A stretch of 64,000 nucleotides of DNA from an uncultured Prevotellaceae bacterium (lineage in GTDB: Bacteria; Bacteroidota; Bacteroidia; Bacteroidales; Bacteroidaceae): positions 1,887 through 65,886 of the forward strand of contig USTH01000001.1 in the NCBI GenBank assembly GCA_900557555.1, written 5' to 3'. The position numbers were made by a program, and so were the translations under genes. Positions within the stretch are counted from its first letter, which is position 1, and the number at the start of each line of letters is the position of its first letter. Below the pieces are notes generated by a model. That model was not told where the DNA came from and did no database searches. It was given only the letters and a program-made list of their open reading frames with translations. Below, in pieces: positions 45,698 to 56,229 of the stretch.

Positions 45698-48600
45698 TTA
45701 TTTTGTTTTGCCACCTGTTGTGGCGGGCTTATGGCTATACAACTGGCGGTCGACAAGAATAATGTCAGTTGGTTTGAGTTTCACTGCTCCGGCTGTTTTC
45801 GCCTTGAAATGCAACACAACCAGAACAGCATCACCATTAAGCGGCCGTTCATTGTCTACCCCTACGAAAGTTGGATAAAACGCCTTGGCGCCATCAGTGT
45901 GAAGGCGGTCACGGCTGAAATTTGTGAACAACTTGGCATCTTGCGGTTCGTTGCCGATATATTGTAATTGCTTTTCGGAATAAGGAACAGACAGACTGAA
46001 AGCGTTGACATTGCGCAGTCCCTGTCCCTTTATGGTCACAACAACATCCTCGCCAGTCTTGTAGGCCGACTTGTCGGTTTCAATGGTGATATTGCCGTCC
46101 ACTCTCTCGCCAGAGGGTGTCGTAAAACCACCTTCGCCAACCTCTACTGCTACGTTGGAGATGTCATAGGCATCAATGAGTCCGTTGCCGTTGATGTCTC
46201 CCTTTGACACATAACCCTCAAAGTCTGAATCGCCCTGACGGAGACCCGTATAGTTCATATATGATGTAAGGTCGTTGCTGTCAAGAATGCCATCATTGTT
46301 AATATCGCCTGGCACATAGTAAGCGGAACCCGGCACACGGAATATATATAGTTCGCAACCTGAGCCGAAGTCCCCGAAGGCTTTCGTAACGTCAAGCTTC
46401 ACATAGCGTGCCTTAGGATTGTCTTTAAAGGCGATTTCCTTCAACTGAGAATCACACGCCCAATTAACCTTGCCAACTTCCGTCCACACTTCCTTGTCCA
46501 TGCTTATTGACACGTTTGCCTCAAGAATAATGCCGTTCATACCCGAACGACGTGGCAGGTATTGTAGTTTATCGAGCGTGTTGACAGAATGCATATCAAC
46601 CAGCAGTTCGAACGGCACGGCTTTCTTGCCATACTCTGTATGCCAGCCTGTTTCAGCATCAAAGTCAAATAGTTTGGCTGGGGTTTCGCCACCCTGCGAT
46701 GGGAAACTGCAGGTGGCCGTCATGCCCTTCACGGCAAACTCAAACGGGTCGTCGCTGGTGGTTGCAACGAAATCTGTCCAGTCTGACACTTTGCCTGGAG
46801 CTGCTGAGCGCACCTTAAACGAATATTGCGTTTTAGGTTTGAGGTCTTCAAACAGAAATTCATTGCCGTGTATATCAAAATAGTTCATGCCATTGAACTC
46901 AATTTCATAAGCTTGAGCATCAGTCACATCCTCCCAATTAAGTCTGAGACTGTATGGTTTGCGGTCTGTCTCCCTAACATTAACATTGACAGGTTTAGCA
47001 AGGGTAACAGCAGGAATGCCAGCAATACGTGAAGACACCGTCTTTGTCTCGCCACACTGCACCATGATATCTACTGCCACAGGATTTTGGGTAACATCAG
47101 TCTCTGGCAGTTTTATGTTGATGCCGTTTGCTGCTGTCATGCGCAATGCATTATTGCCATCTTTAACCTCTGTGGAGAAGAACTTGCTGTAATCTACACC
47201 ATAGCCGAGACAATATGCCGGCTTAGAACTGCTCTCAAGCTCTTCAATAGTCTTGACAGCTCTCAGCTTCATTTTTTTTCTGCCAATAGTGGCCGTAATT
47301 TTGTCTACAGATTTGAAGTTGCCGACAACACGCAACAGCGTTGCCTTCATCGCTTCCATGCCAGAGAATGTCCCCTTGACAGGACTGACGCTGATATTAA
47401 CATGGTCATCACTTGCCTTGGCAGTAACAACGGTGCTTGAACTTTCACCGTTGAGATAGGCTTGGGTAGTGCCATCGTCATCATATTCACTGAAACTTAC
47501 TTCACCGCCCCACTTTGGATAGATTTCATAGATGCGGAGTTTCTTGTTGATTTCACTGACATTATTGTTGGCTGCGGTCATTGGGATGATTGAACCTGAT
47601 TTAACAAACACGGGCAGCTTCCAAAGCGGAGCATCGAAGCTGTTGAGTACGGCACCGCCTTGATAGACATTCCCGGTAAAATAGTCCACCCATTCACCTT
47701 CTGGCAGATAGATGTTGTTGCGGATATCATTACCAAGAGAGTCTGCCGCTGTGTTACGGTATATTGGTGCTACAAGAAGGCTTGGCCCATACAGATATTC
47801 ATATTCCGTAGCCTTGCCGAGAGTATACTTATTGGGGTCTTCAAGGAAGATGGCACGTATCATCGGTTTGCCGTCCACAGCCTCGTGAGCAATACTGTAA
47901 GCATAAGGCAGAAGCATTGACTTCATTTTAAGGTAGGCACGGTTAAGGCTTGTGGCTGGTTCACCGAGAGCATGCGGATATTTCTCGTTTGACCCCCATC
48001 CGTCCATATTGAGCTGCATCGGGGTAAAGGTCTTCCATTGGAAGTCCCTGATGTTTACTGCCAAATTCTTGCCGCCGAAGATACCGTCCATGTCAGATGT
48101 GATATTCGGCTGGCCAGCAAGACCCGAACCGATATATGTTGGAATATGGAAGCGGATGTACTCCCAATTGCCACCAGTCTGGTCACCGCTCCACACACCA
48201 CCATAGCGCTGTGTACCTGCCCAACCATCGAGTGTAATGATAAAGGGGCGCGCGTTGTCGCCATACTTGGGCATCGATTCTGCCACGTCAGCAATGCCGT
48301 TGAGTCCAAAGGAATAGCCTGCACCTACCCACGCCACATCGGTCTTAAGCACGCGCACACCAGCATCACGTATTTCTTTGACAATATCACGTTGTAGCAA
48401 GGCCGAGATAGTGTCTACAGGGTGCAGATTGCTTTGAGTCCAAAGGCCTATCTCTACTCCATTTTTGCGTGCGTAGTCACCAAATGCCTTAAGATTGGCA
48501 ATATTGCCGTCAAGTGTTGTTGTCTGACCATATCCTGCACCGTAGCCATCGTTGGGCAGAACCCATCCAAGAGGCATGTCGTGTTTTTTATAGCGGTCGA

Positions 48601-49645
48601 TGACTGCACGTGCAGAGAACTGGTAATTGCCGTCAAGTTCACCATTCAAGCTCTCACGAATGCCACCGTTGTCCTTCTGATCCTCCTTGTAGTATTTGCC
48701 GTCCTCAAATTTCACCACCATATATCCAGGCTTGTCAACCTCTTTCCAATAGTCGCGGTTGTAGGCGTTGAGATGCCCCTCATAGAAGCCGAACTTAGGA
48801 AGAAGCACAGGGTTGCCGGTCAACTGATAGTAATCGTTCAGTAGCTGCACCGGAGTTTCGTCTACCATGACAAAGCAGTCGAGGTAGTCGGCATCGTGGC
48901 TCAACCTTACGACACCATCATCCTTGCTACCGAAATCATAGCGTCCAGGCTTAAACGTGTAAGCCATAAAACCATAACCATTGGTTGACCAATAATACGG
49001 GGCCGGCGAGCATACGCCACCGTCTGTCCAACTGTTTTCGTTCACGATATTCACTACGTTGCCCTTATGACTGAAGCGGCCGTTCTGAATGCCAGCACCA
49101 TAAAAATATTCGTCAGGCTGGGCGTTCAGCGATAATGTCACCTTGTTCCCACTGATTGCGGCCGGAGACTTCTCTGCCATTACGGTGCGCCCATTTTTAA
49201 GATTCGTAACACTGATGGCTCCATCTTGCTTTCTTACAGTTATCGCAACATGTGGCGTCTTTATCACAAAGTCGCCATTCTCTTTGCTAAGTTTGACTCC
49301 CCCAACGGGCTTCATCGGATTAGCCACCAGTATCTGCGCCTCCGGCTTGGCCTCTGGACTGCGGAATACAACACCGTTTTGCGAATCCTGGAACAAGCGG
49401 AATATGTTTGGCCCATAGAATTTGATATATTTTCTACCTCCACTCTCAAACTGAAGAACAACAGTGTTTTCCTCAGAGCCGACAGTGCAAGAAATCACAG
49501 CATCAGCTCCATCGTCAGAAGCAGGTATTTTCGTCTTGGAATCAGACAAGCCTATCCCCCACTTGTAAGGCACAGCCTCTGCGGGCAATAGATTGACGCA
49601 TCCCAAAACCAATAGCGCCACACATACAGACAACAAGTTTTTCAT
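45698..49645 (-). CDS. Multidomain GH31 glycosidase: GH31 - FN3 - F5/8-type C (CBM32-like) - dockerin - cohesin-like
   Basis: 1315 aa with a signal peptide. The GH31 core contains VLKTDVAWVG and DGWAGTQRY.GVWSGDQ. An FN3 module follows (LRLNWEDVTDAQAYEIEF). A discoidin-like module follows (F..D..TGWHTEY...KARYVKLDV). A canonical two-repeat dockerin follows (GDINNDGILDSNDLTSYMNY...GDINGNGLIDAYDISNV). A ~125-aa cohesin-like beta-sandwich tail ends the protein. Confidence 0.8.
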   Translation of the reverse strand: MKNLLSVCVALLVLGCVNLLPAEAVPYKWGIGLSDSKTKIPASDDGADAVISCTVGSEENTVVLQFESGGRKYIKFYGPNIFRLFQDSQNGVVFRSPEAKPEAQILVANPMKPVGGVKLSKENGDFVIKTPHVAITVRKQDGAISVTNLKNGRTVMAEKSPAAISGNKVTLSLNAQPDEYFYGAGIQNGRFSHKGNVVNIVNENSWTDGGVCSPAPYYWSTNGYGFMAYTFKPGRYDFGSKDDGVVRLSHDADYLDCFVMVDETPVQLLNDYYQLTGNPVLLPKFGFYEGHLNAYNRDYWKEVDKPGYMVVKFEDGKYYKEDQKDNGGIRESLNGELDGNYQFSARAVIDRYKKHDMPLGWVLPNDGYGAGYGQTTTLDGNIANLKAFGDYARKNGVEIGLWTQSNLHPVDTISALLQRDIVKEIRDAGVRVLKTDVAWVGAGYSFGLNGIADVAESMPKYGDNARPFIITLDGWAGTQRYGGVWSGDQTGGNWEYIRFHIPTYIGSGLAGQPNITSDMDGIFGGKNLAVNIRDFQWKTFTPMQLNMDGWGSNEKYPHALGEPATSLNRAYLKMKSMLLPYAYSIAHEAVDGKPMIRAIFLEDPNKYTLGKATEYEYLYGPSLLVAPIYRNTAADSLGNDIRNNIYLPEGEWVDYFTGNVYQGGAVLNSFDAPLWKLPVFVKSGSIIPMTAANNNVSEINKKLRIYEIYPKWGGEVSFSEYDDDGTTQAYLNGESSSTVVTAKASDDHVNISVSPVKGTFSGMEAMKATLLRVVGNFKSVDKITATIGRKKMKLRAVKTIEELESSSKPAYCLGYGVDYSKFFSTEVKDGNNALRMTAANGINIKLPETDVTQNPVAVDIMVQCGETKTVSSRIAGIPAVTLAKPVNVNVRETDRKPYSLRLNWEDVTDAQAYEIEFNGMNYFDIHGNEFLFEDLKPKTQYSFKVRSAAPGKVSDWTDFVATTSDDPFEFAVKGMTATCSFPSQGGETPAKLFDFDAETGWHTEYGKKAVPFELLVDMHSVNTLDKLQYLPRRSGMNGIILEANVSISMDKEVWTEVGKVNWACDSQLKEIAFKDNPKARYVKLDVTKAFGDFGSGCELYIFRVPGSAYYVPGDINNDGILDSNDLTSYMNYTGLRQGDSDFEGYVSKGDINGNGLIDAYDISNVAVEVGEGGFTTPSGERVDGNITIETDKSAYKTGEDVVVTIKGQGLRNVNAFSLSVPYSEKQLQYIGNEPQDAKLFTNFSRDRLHTDGAKAFYPTFVGVDNERPLNGDAVLVVLHFKAKTAGAVKLKPTDIILVDRQLYSHKPATTGGKTK

Positions 49646-49672
49646 GATAAGATGTTTTTATACTTTTCTTTG

Positions 49673-49680
49673 CAAAGATA
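49673..49680 (-). promoter_or_regulatory. Bacteroidetes-type -7 promoter box (TATCTTTG on the minus strand)
   Basis: TAnnTTTG match 28 nt upstream of ATG 49645. Confidence 0.4.
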
Positions 49681-49870
49681 GTGCAATTCGAGAGCAGAGT
49701 ATCAAGCCTGCTTGAATGTCCTGCCAAGAAGCACCCTATAATATGCAAAGATAAAGAAATAATGCAATATTACTGCCACAAATCTTACGCTTTTTTACGC
49801 AAACATGTCTGTTCTGACCCAAAAGGTTTCTTTCAGCATACGTCCTTTCTTCCTTTTGGCTTTCATTAAA

Positions 49871-49946
49871 CCCAAATCGGTCATTAGGTCGTAAATGACA
49901 TCTTTTTATTACTTCTTATTGCCTTTTGTTTTTTATAAGGCAACTG
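49871..49946. mobile_element. MITE-like element, truncated copy (left TIR plus ~55 bp of interior)
   Basis: cccaaatcggtcattaggtcgtaaatgac...ttgccttttgttttttataaggcaactg aligns with the left half of the full copy at 10150. Homology stops 3 nt before the mazG stop codon. Confidence 0.65.
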
Positions 49947-49949
49947 CCG

Positions 49950-50744
49950 CTAACAAGTCTCGCCGTCCTGCATCTTTGCCTCGTCCCAGACGGCATCCAT
50001 TTCTGCAAGCGTCATATCCTTTAGGTTACGGCCTTGCTTGAGAGTCTTCTGCTCAAGGTAATTGAAGCGCGAGATAAACTTGCGGTTAGTCCTTTCAAGA
50101 GCTGTGTCGGGATTTATGTGATAGAGACGTGCAGCGTTTATAAGACTAAACATCACATCGCCAAACTCCGCTTCCATCTTGTCTGCATCCATATGTTCCA
50201 CCTCGTCTTGAAACTCTCGTATCTCCTCCTTTACCTTATCCCAAACCTGCGAGCGTTCCTCCCAGTCAAAGCCCACATGGCGAGCCTTGTCTTGAATGCG
50301 ATAAGCCTTTATAAGCGACGGCAAAGAAGCTGGCACGCCCGACAATACGGTCTTGTTGCCGTCTTTTTCCTTCTGCTTTATCTGTTCCCACGTGTCCTCC
50401 ACGGCATCAGCAGTCACGGCCTCCACATTGCCATAAATGTGTGGGTGACGAAAGATAAGTTTCTCACACAAACGGTTGCACACTTCTGCAAAATCAAATT
50501 CTCCTTTTTCTTCTGCAAACATAGCATAAAAGCACACGTGCATCAATACATCGCCCAACTCCTTGCACTCTTCTTTGCTATCTCCACGTATTATGGCATC
50601 GCTCAGTTCAAAAACCTCTTCAATTGTGTTGGGGCGCAAGGACTGGCTTGTCTGTTTGGAATCCCAAGGGCACTTTTGGCGAAGCTCTGCAAGAATATCA
50701 AGCAGACGGTTAAACGATTTCAGTTGTTCTTCTCGGGTTGACAT
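49950..50744 (-). CDS. mazG: Nucleoside triphosphate pyrophosphohydrolase MazG
   Basis: 264 aa with tandem MazG domains (CPWD..QT..SL.P...EE..E, ELGD.L). The C-terminal repeat contains EE..EF. Confidence 0.85.
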   Translation of the reverse strand: MSTREEQLKSFNRLLDILAELRQKCPWDSKQTSQSLRPNTIEEVFELSDAIIRGDSKEECKELGDVLMHVCFYAMFAEEKGEFDFAEVCNRLCEKLIFRHPHIYGNVEAVTADAVEDTWEQIKQKEKDGNKTVLSGVPASLPSLIKAYRIQDKARHVGFDWEERSQVWDKVKEEIREFQDEVEHMDADKMEAEFGDVMFSLINAARLYHINPDTALERTNRKFISRFNYLEQKTLKQGRNLKDMTLAEMDAVWDEAKMQDGETC

Positions 50745-50863
50745 AATATTTCCTTTATTTTACAACAAACCCAAGCCTGCCATTTTTCACAACAGGCTTG
50801 GGCCTCTGGGGTATGTTATTCCTCTTGACGGATTTTTATATTCTTATACGACAAATCGCTCCG

Positions 50864-53572
50864 TTACTGCTTTCTTAGCGAAGCAAGGGTTTCCTTGATA
50901 GCGGAAATCTTTGACTCTGTATCGGCAAGTTTTTTGCGTTCAAGTTCTACCACCTGAACCGGAGCATTGTTCACAAAGCGTTCGTTGCCAAGCTTCTTCT
51001 GTATGCCAATGAGGAAGCCCTCCAGATGCTTGAGTTCAGCTTCCTGCTTTTTAATCTCAGCTTCAAGGTCAATCAGGTTGCCCACCGGCACTGCATATTC
51101 ATCGGTACCGACCATGAACTTCACTGCATCACCCGAACTGTCATCACTCTCACGTATGCCACTGAGATTAGACATTTTTAAAAGCACAGGATTATATGCC
51201 TCCCAGTTGTTCTTGCCAATGGCGATGAGTTCCAACGGTTCTTTAGGAGCAATGTTTTTCTGGTTACGTACAGCGCGCACGCCAGCCACTATTTTCTTGA
51301 CGGTTTCAAACTCTACCACTACAGTCTTGCCCTCGGCATCAGACACACCTGCATCGAGCACGCTTACCATGATGCTCTCACCGTCCTTACGGTCGTATAT
51401 GTGTTGCCACAACTCCTCCGTAATAAACGGCATAAACGGATGAATTATCTTCATCAGCTTGTCGAAAAACCGAAGCGTAGCATCATAAGTATCTCGGTCA
51501 ATGGGTTGTTGGTAGGCAGGCTTTACCATCTCCAGATACCACCCAGAGAACTCATCGGTAAAGAGTTTGAATGCAGTCATGAGCGCCTCGTTGAGACGAT
51601 ACTTTGAATACAAGTCGTCCATTTCGGTCACAGTGGCTTTCAGTTTGGCATCAAACCACTTGATGGCCATGCGGCTGACTTCTGGTTGTGGCAACACGGC
51701 AACCTCCCACCCCTTGACAAGGCGGAAAGCATTCCATATCTTGTTACAGAAATTGCGCCCTTGTTCGCACAGACTCTCAGCAAACAAGATGTCGTTACCT
51801 GCCGGAGCTGCAAGCAGCATTCCCATACGCACCCCGTCTGCACCATACTTTTCTATCAGATCGATAGGGTCTGGTGAATTGCCAAGAGACTTAGACATCT
51901 TGCGGCCTATCTCATCGCGCACAATACCAGTGAAATATACATTGCGGAACGGCACGTCGTGCATATACTCCTCGCCTGCCATTATCATGCGGGCCACCCA
52001 GAAGAAGATAATGTCTGGCCCCGTAACAAGGTCTGTTGTAGGATAATAGTATTTTATCTCGTCGTTGCCGGGATTGTTGATACCATCAAACAATGATATC
52101 GGCCACAGCCATGAAGAGAACCAAGTGTCAAGGGCATCCTCGTCGTGGCGCAACTGGTCGGCGGTAATATTTTCATAGCCCTTAATCTTGCGAGCTTCTT
52201 CGAGTGCATCCTCTACCGTGAGCGCAACCACATACTTCTCTTCCTCACCCTCTGCTGTTGGCAAGAAATAGGCAGGAATGCGATGTCCCCACCACAGCTG
52301 GCGACTGATACACCAGTCCTGTATGTTCTCAAGCCAATTGCGATAGGTGGTAACATATTTGGTCGGGTAGAACTTGATTTTTCCATCGAGCACAGGAGGC
52401 AGTGCAATGTCAGCAAAATGTTTCATCGACAGAAACCACTGTTTGCATAAGCGCGGCTCCACCGCTGTGTCTTGATTACGTTCAGAGTAGCCCACCTTGT
52501 TTTCGTAGTCCTCTACCTTTTCGAGCAAGGCAGCATCGGCAAGGTCTTTAGCAATCTGCTTGCGCACATCCATGCGATCCATGCCCACATAAAGTCCCGC
52601 TACCTCACTGATGGTGCCATCGGGGTTGAATATGTCGATAGTCTCCAAATTGTGAGTCTTACCAAGAGCATAGTCATTGACATCATGGGCAGGAGTGACT
52701 TTCAGACATCCTGTTCCGAACTCTATGTCAACATAGCGGTCTTCTATCACCGGAATGACACGGCCTACGAGAGGCACCGACACCTTATGCCCGCGCAACC
52801 ACTGGTTTTTAGGGTCTTTCGGGTTGATACACATAGCGGTATCGCCCATTATTGTTTCCGGACGGGTGGTAGCTACCACGGCATAGTAGCCCTTTGCGTC
52901 CTTATGCAGCACTTCGCCATCCTGTCCCGTTGGGGTCACAGGATTTTCCTCGGCATCAGCCACATAATATTTAAGGTAATAGAGCTTGCTCTTCTCGTCA
53001 TGATAAACAACCTCCTCTGTAGACAGAACCGTCTGGGCCTTGGGGTCCCAATTGACCATGCGCAATCCACGATATATCAGTCCCTTGCGATAAAGGTCAA
53101 CAAAGACTTTCAGAACGCTCTCGCTGCGTTTTTCGTCCATAGTGAAAGCCGTGCGATCCCAGTCACAGCTGGCCCCCAATCGGCGCAACTGCTTGAGAAT
53201 AATGCCTCCGTGTTCGTCAGTCCAGTCCCAAGCATGCTTCAGAAACTGTTCGCGGGTAAGGTCACGTTTCTTTATACCCTGTTCAGCAAGGCGGTTCACC
53301 ACTTTTGCCTCGGTGGCTATGCTGGCATGATCCGTTCCCGGCACCCAGCAGGCGTTTTTTCCATCAAGACGTGCCTTGCGCACAAGAATATCCTGAATAG
53401 TATTGTTTAGCATGTGCCCCATGTGCAACACACCAGTTACATTTGGTGGCGGGATAACTATGGTATATGGTTCACGTCCGTCAGGTTTTGAACTGAAGAG
53501 CTTGTTGTCCATCCAGTATTTGTACCACTTTCCCTCCACTTCGGAGGGGTCATATTTGCTTGCGATTTCCAT
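50864..53572 (-). CDS. valS: Valine--tRNA ligase
   Basis: 902 aa with the class I motifs [11 protein letters not shown] and KMSKSLGN and a C-terminal coiled coil. Blocks typical of ValRS are present ([23 protein letters not shown]). Confidence 0.9.
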   Translation of the reverse strand: MEIASKYDPSEVEGKWYKYWMDNKLFSSKPDGREPYTIVIPPPNVTGVLHMGHMLNNTIQDILVRKARLDGKNACWVPGTDHASIATEAKVVNRLAEQGIKKRDLTREQFLKHAWDWTDEHGGIILKQLRRLGASCDWDRTAFTMDEKRSESVLKVFVDLYRKGLIYRGLRMVNWDPKAQTVLSTEEVVYHDEKSKLYYLKYYVADAEENPVTPTGQDGEVLHKDAKGYYAVVATTRPETIMGDTAMCINPKDPKNQWLRGHKVSVPLVGRVIPVIEDRYVDIEFGTGCLKVTPAHDVNDYALGKTHNLETIDIFNPDGTISEVAGLYVGMDRMDVRKQIAKDLADAALLEKVEDYENKVGYSERNQDTAVEPRLCKQWFLSMKHFADIALPPVLDGKIKFYPTKYVTTYRNWLENIQDWCISRQLWWGHRIPAYFLPTAEGEEEKYVVALTVEDALEEARKIKGYENITADQLRHDEDALDTWFSSWLWPISLFDGINNPGNDEIKYYYPTTDLVTGPDIIFFWVARMIMAGEEYMHDVPFRNVYFTGIVRDEIGRKMSKSLGNSPDPIDLIEKYGADGVRMGMLLAAPAGNDILFAESLCEQGRNFCNKIWNAFRLVKGWEVAVLPQPEVSRMAIKWFDAKLKATVTEMDDLYSKYRLNEALMTAFKLFTDEFSGWYLEMVKPAYQQPIDRDTYDATLRFFDKLMKIIHPFMPFITEELWQHIYDRKDGESIMVSVLDAGVSDAEGKTVVVEFETVKKIVAGVRAVRNQKNIAPKEPLELIAIGKNNWEAYNPVLLKMSNLSGIRESDDSSGDAVKFMVGTDEYAVPVGNLIDLEAEIKKQEAELKHLEGFLIGIQKKLGNERFVNNAPVQVVELERKKLADTESKISAIKETLASLRKQ

Positions 53573-53848
53573 CTTTTTCGTGATTTCGTTATTTTAGTGC
53601 AAAAATAACATTTTTCTCGCAGTATTGTTGTGTTTTTTGTTGGTTTTATCCCAATTCGCTTCACATCCTATTATGTGTTGCCTGCAACCGCTCTTCAGAA
53701 AACACATGCACTTTATGGCCTCGCCCAGATTGTCTGTATAATCTGAACGAGGCCATGCATACTTATATTGACTCTTGCGAGCGAACCCCTACCCGATATC
53801 TTTACTTCATAAAAACGCTGGCAAAGAAAGGAAAGGGACAGTGTCAAT

Positions 53849-54943
53849 TCACTTCTCCATTTTCATTCCCGACAAACTATACGGCGGGGCCCAACTGGTT
53901 GAAACTTCTTCCTGCGTAAGGCTAAACGTGCCAGATCCGTCACTATAGGTGCCGCCCATAGGCGAGGTAAACACCAGAATTTGCGTGCGCACCCTATGTG
54001 TTGACGAATAGTCAAACGAATAAGTGAACATTGCCTTATTTTTTTCTATCTTCATATAGGACGCCCTAAAATTCTTTGCATCCGTGTAGGTCTTCATCTT
54101 ATAATTATGCACGGTATTATTGTCAGCGAACACCACCCACAACGTATAGAGTTTGGGAGTGCCGAGCATAAGCTTATTGTAGTAGAGCTCTTCTGGAGCA
54201 TAGTCTTCGTCAGGCAAAGCTTTACCCTCAATTCTGAACGTACCGTTTTCACCATTCCCAGTGTAGGTGCCCGTGTTTTCGTCGTTGAACTTCAGAATGT
54301 AGTTTCTCATGAGGTCCAGTTTGTGTCCGTCCGTATAACTTACCGTCATCCATACCAGATCAAGATCTTTACGTTCCCATCTCACCTGCTGGAGTTGCGG
54401 ATTGGTTTCACCGCCCAGCTTCAAGATTTCTGCCACCATTGAATGTGTGAGCTGCACTTCGTTGTTGCCCCACACCAGCTTGCGACCAATGATATCCTTA
54501 GGGGCATATTTCTGGTACTGCCGGTCGGTGCTGCGCACAAAATGTATGGTCATGTCCCCCAAATTCTTGTCTTTATAAGTCCATGTCATCATCTGTTTCT
54601 GCACATTCACCATTTTCATCTTGTATACTGTGATGCCGCTGTTGTCCTCACATGTCAGGGTGCCGTCGCCATTGTCACGCCAAGTGCCGTAGACGCTGCT
54701 TCCGTTCTTGTAGACAATAAACGTGTTGTCAGACTTGAAATCCATGTAGAAATCGCCAGACTCATACCACGCCGCCTGTTCCTTGTTGTTGGCATCTTTC
54801 CATGAAACCATATACACAGACCATTCGCCTACAATTTTGGAACCCGTAATATCATCAGACTTTCCGCCGTCACCGCTGCCAGAACACGACAGCATCACCG
54901 CAATGCCCAACAAGCACAAAAAATTAAATGTAGCTTTCATCAT
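53849..54943 (-). CDS. Lipoprotein with repeated lipocalin-like modules, unknown function
   Basis: 364 aa with signal peptide and lipobox (VMLSCSGSG). Repeated (I)VG.W / GTW / GTY beta-rich modules are present. Confidence 0.6.
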   Translation of the reverse strand: MMKATFNFLCLLGIAVMLSCSGSGDGGKSDDITGSKIVGEWSVYMVSWKDANNKEQAAWYESGDFYMDFKSDNTFIVYKNGSSVYGTWRDNGDGTLTCEDNSGITVYKMKMVNVQKQMMTWTYKDKNLGDMTIHFVRSTDRQYQKYAPKDIIGRKLVWGNNEVQLTHSMVAEILKLGGETNPQLQQVRWERKDLDLVWMTVSYTDGHKLDLMRNYILKFNDENTGTYTGNGENGTFRIEGKALPDEDYAPEELYYNKLMLGTPKLYTLWVVFADNNTVHNYKMKTYTDAKNFRASYMKIEKNKAMFTYSFDYSSTHRVRTQILVFTSPMGGTYSDGSGTFSLTQEEVSTSWAPPYSLSGMKMEK

Positions 54944-54965
54944 CTCATATTTTATAAAGGGGTTA

Positions 54966-55520
54966 TTATTTTTCCGGGCTTAGAGGCAGGATGTTTGTCT
55001 CCTTGCTGACACGCACAAGTTTTTCCAATACTCTCGTCCGCACGAGAGTCGTCCCCTTATCTTCTTCGAAGACAGCCTCTATCTGCATCTGGTCACCACC
55101 GACCTCCAACAATTTGAACGACTTAAAATCTCCGCCAAGTGGATAAAAATTGCCATTATACAAGCTGTAGACAAGAATCCCGTCTTCGTGCCACATACCT
55201 ATATCATCTGAATATTCCATAAAAGAAACCTTATTGTCGGCATAGACAACATAATAGTTGTTCTCTTCTTCCACGTTTCCTTTTTTCTCTTCCACAAGCA
55301 CATCGTTTTCCCAACGGCTATACTCTTCGTACATTATTTTCCACGTGCCCACAATGTCATCTTTCGTGAGTTCGGAAGCGCTGCCTGATTCAATATAATT
55401 ATACAGTGCCACAACATCGCTGGAATTAACTTTGCCGTCTTTGTTGAGATCATAACTTTGGGCGTACGACATAGACAAGCCACACGAAAGAACTAAAAAA
55501 AACATTAAGATTCTTTTCAT
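54966..55520 (-). CDS. Small secreted protein: single dockerin/EF-hand-like repeat + lipocalin-like domain
   Basis: Start is set at MKRILMFFLVLSCGLSMSYAQ. DLNKDGKVNSSDVVALYNYI matches one dockerin Ca-binding repeat. It is followed by IVGTWKIMYEEY... (lipocalin-like). Confidence 0.6.
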   Translation of the reverse strand: MKRILMFFLVLSCGLSMSYAQSYDLNKDGKVNSSDVVALYNYIESGSASELTKDDIVGTWKIMYEEYSRWENDVLVEEKKGNVEEENNYYVVYADNKVSFMEYSDDIGMWHEDGILVYSLYNGNFYPLGGDFKSFKLLEVGGDQMQIEAVFEEDKGTTLVRTRVLEKLVRVSKETNILPLSPEK

Positions 55521-55638
55521 AGAAGATATATTTTTAAGATTATTATTGTCGCAAAGATACAATAAATTTTCTAATACCAAAAGATTTCTTCAAATAATTT
55601 GACCATATGCGTCCATGCCGTGCCCGACACAAATCCAC

Positions 55639-55675
55639 AAAAAAAACCGAGAGCTTCGCAGCTGTCGGTTTTTTA
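55639..55675 (-). terminator. Terminator hairpin flanked by A- and T-runs (bidirectional form)
   Basis: aaaaaaaa-accgagagct tcgc agctgtcggt-tttttt. The 10-bp stem has one mismatch. It lies ~45 nt after the stop at 55720 on the minus strand. Confidence 0.6.
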
Positions 55676-55719
55676 ATTATCAACAATAAAATTAAAAATT
55701 ATGAAATAAAACTTCTATC

Positions 55720-56223
55720 TTATTTTTCAGGTCCCCTCGGTCGCGGCCCGTGAGCCATGTTGCTGAGCATTTTGCGCTCAAAGGCTTTTTCTGCCACTTT
55801 TATTTTGAGTAGCTTAGATGCACTGACCACCTTCAGGAATTTCTTCTGGTATTTTTCTTCCAGTTCGATGATGTCTTCCTCGTTTTCCATCACGGCCTTG
55901 AGTATGGCAAGGCTTTCCGCATTGCTTAGGTTTCCTTTCCACGCTTTGCGCATCATCTTTCCGTTTTTAAAGCTCAGTTTGCGTTGCCGGTCCTTCATCT
56001 GATGAAACAAGGGGAAGAACGCACTTGCCTCTGCCTGGGTGAGGTCTGCCTTTTTAGTGATAAAGGCCATCTCTCTCTGCCGGTATTCTTCAGGCGAGAA
56101 GCGGGGACGGAAGGCATTTTTATGCCCTTCACCGTCAGGACATGCCGTTGCCCCGGCTGCAAGCAAGATGCAGACAACCAGCAGCATAAGTTTTTTTACA
56201 ATATCTCTTACCATAGGTATCAA
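55720..56223 (-). CDS. Periplasmic protein, Spy/CpxP-like (LTxxQ-type) in the ECF operon
   Basis: 167 aa with an N-terminal signal/anchor and a helical K/E-rich sequence carrying an LTQAEA motif. It lies 6 nt downstream of the anti-sigma-like gene. Confidence 0.5.
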   Translation of the reverse strand: MIPMVRDIVKKLMLLVVCILLAAGATACPDGEGHKNAFRPRFSPEEYRQREMAFITKKADLTQAEASAFFPLFHQMKDRQRKLSFKNGKMMRKAWKGNLSNAESLAILKAVMENEEDIIELEEKYQKKFLKVVSASKLLKIKVAEKAFERKMLSNMAHGPRPRGPEK

Positions 56224-56229
56224 ACGGTT

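Noticed and set aside
53650-53668. Possible additional degenerate MITE end (atcccaattcgcttcac) upstream of valS.
   Set aside because: Only ~9 bp (cccaattcg) match the TIR consensus, which is too short to distinguish from chance.
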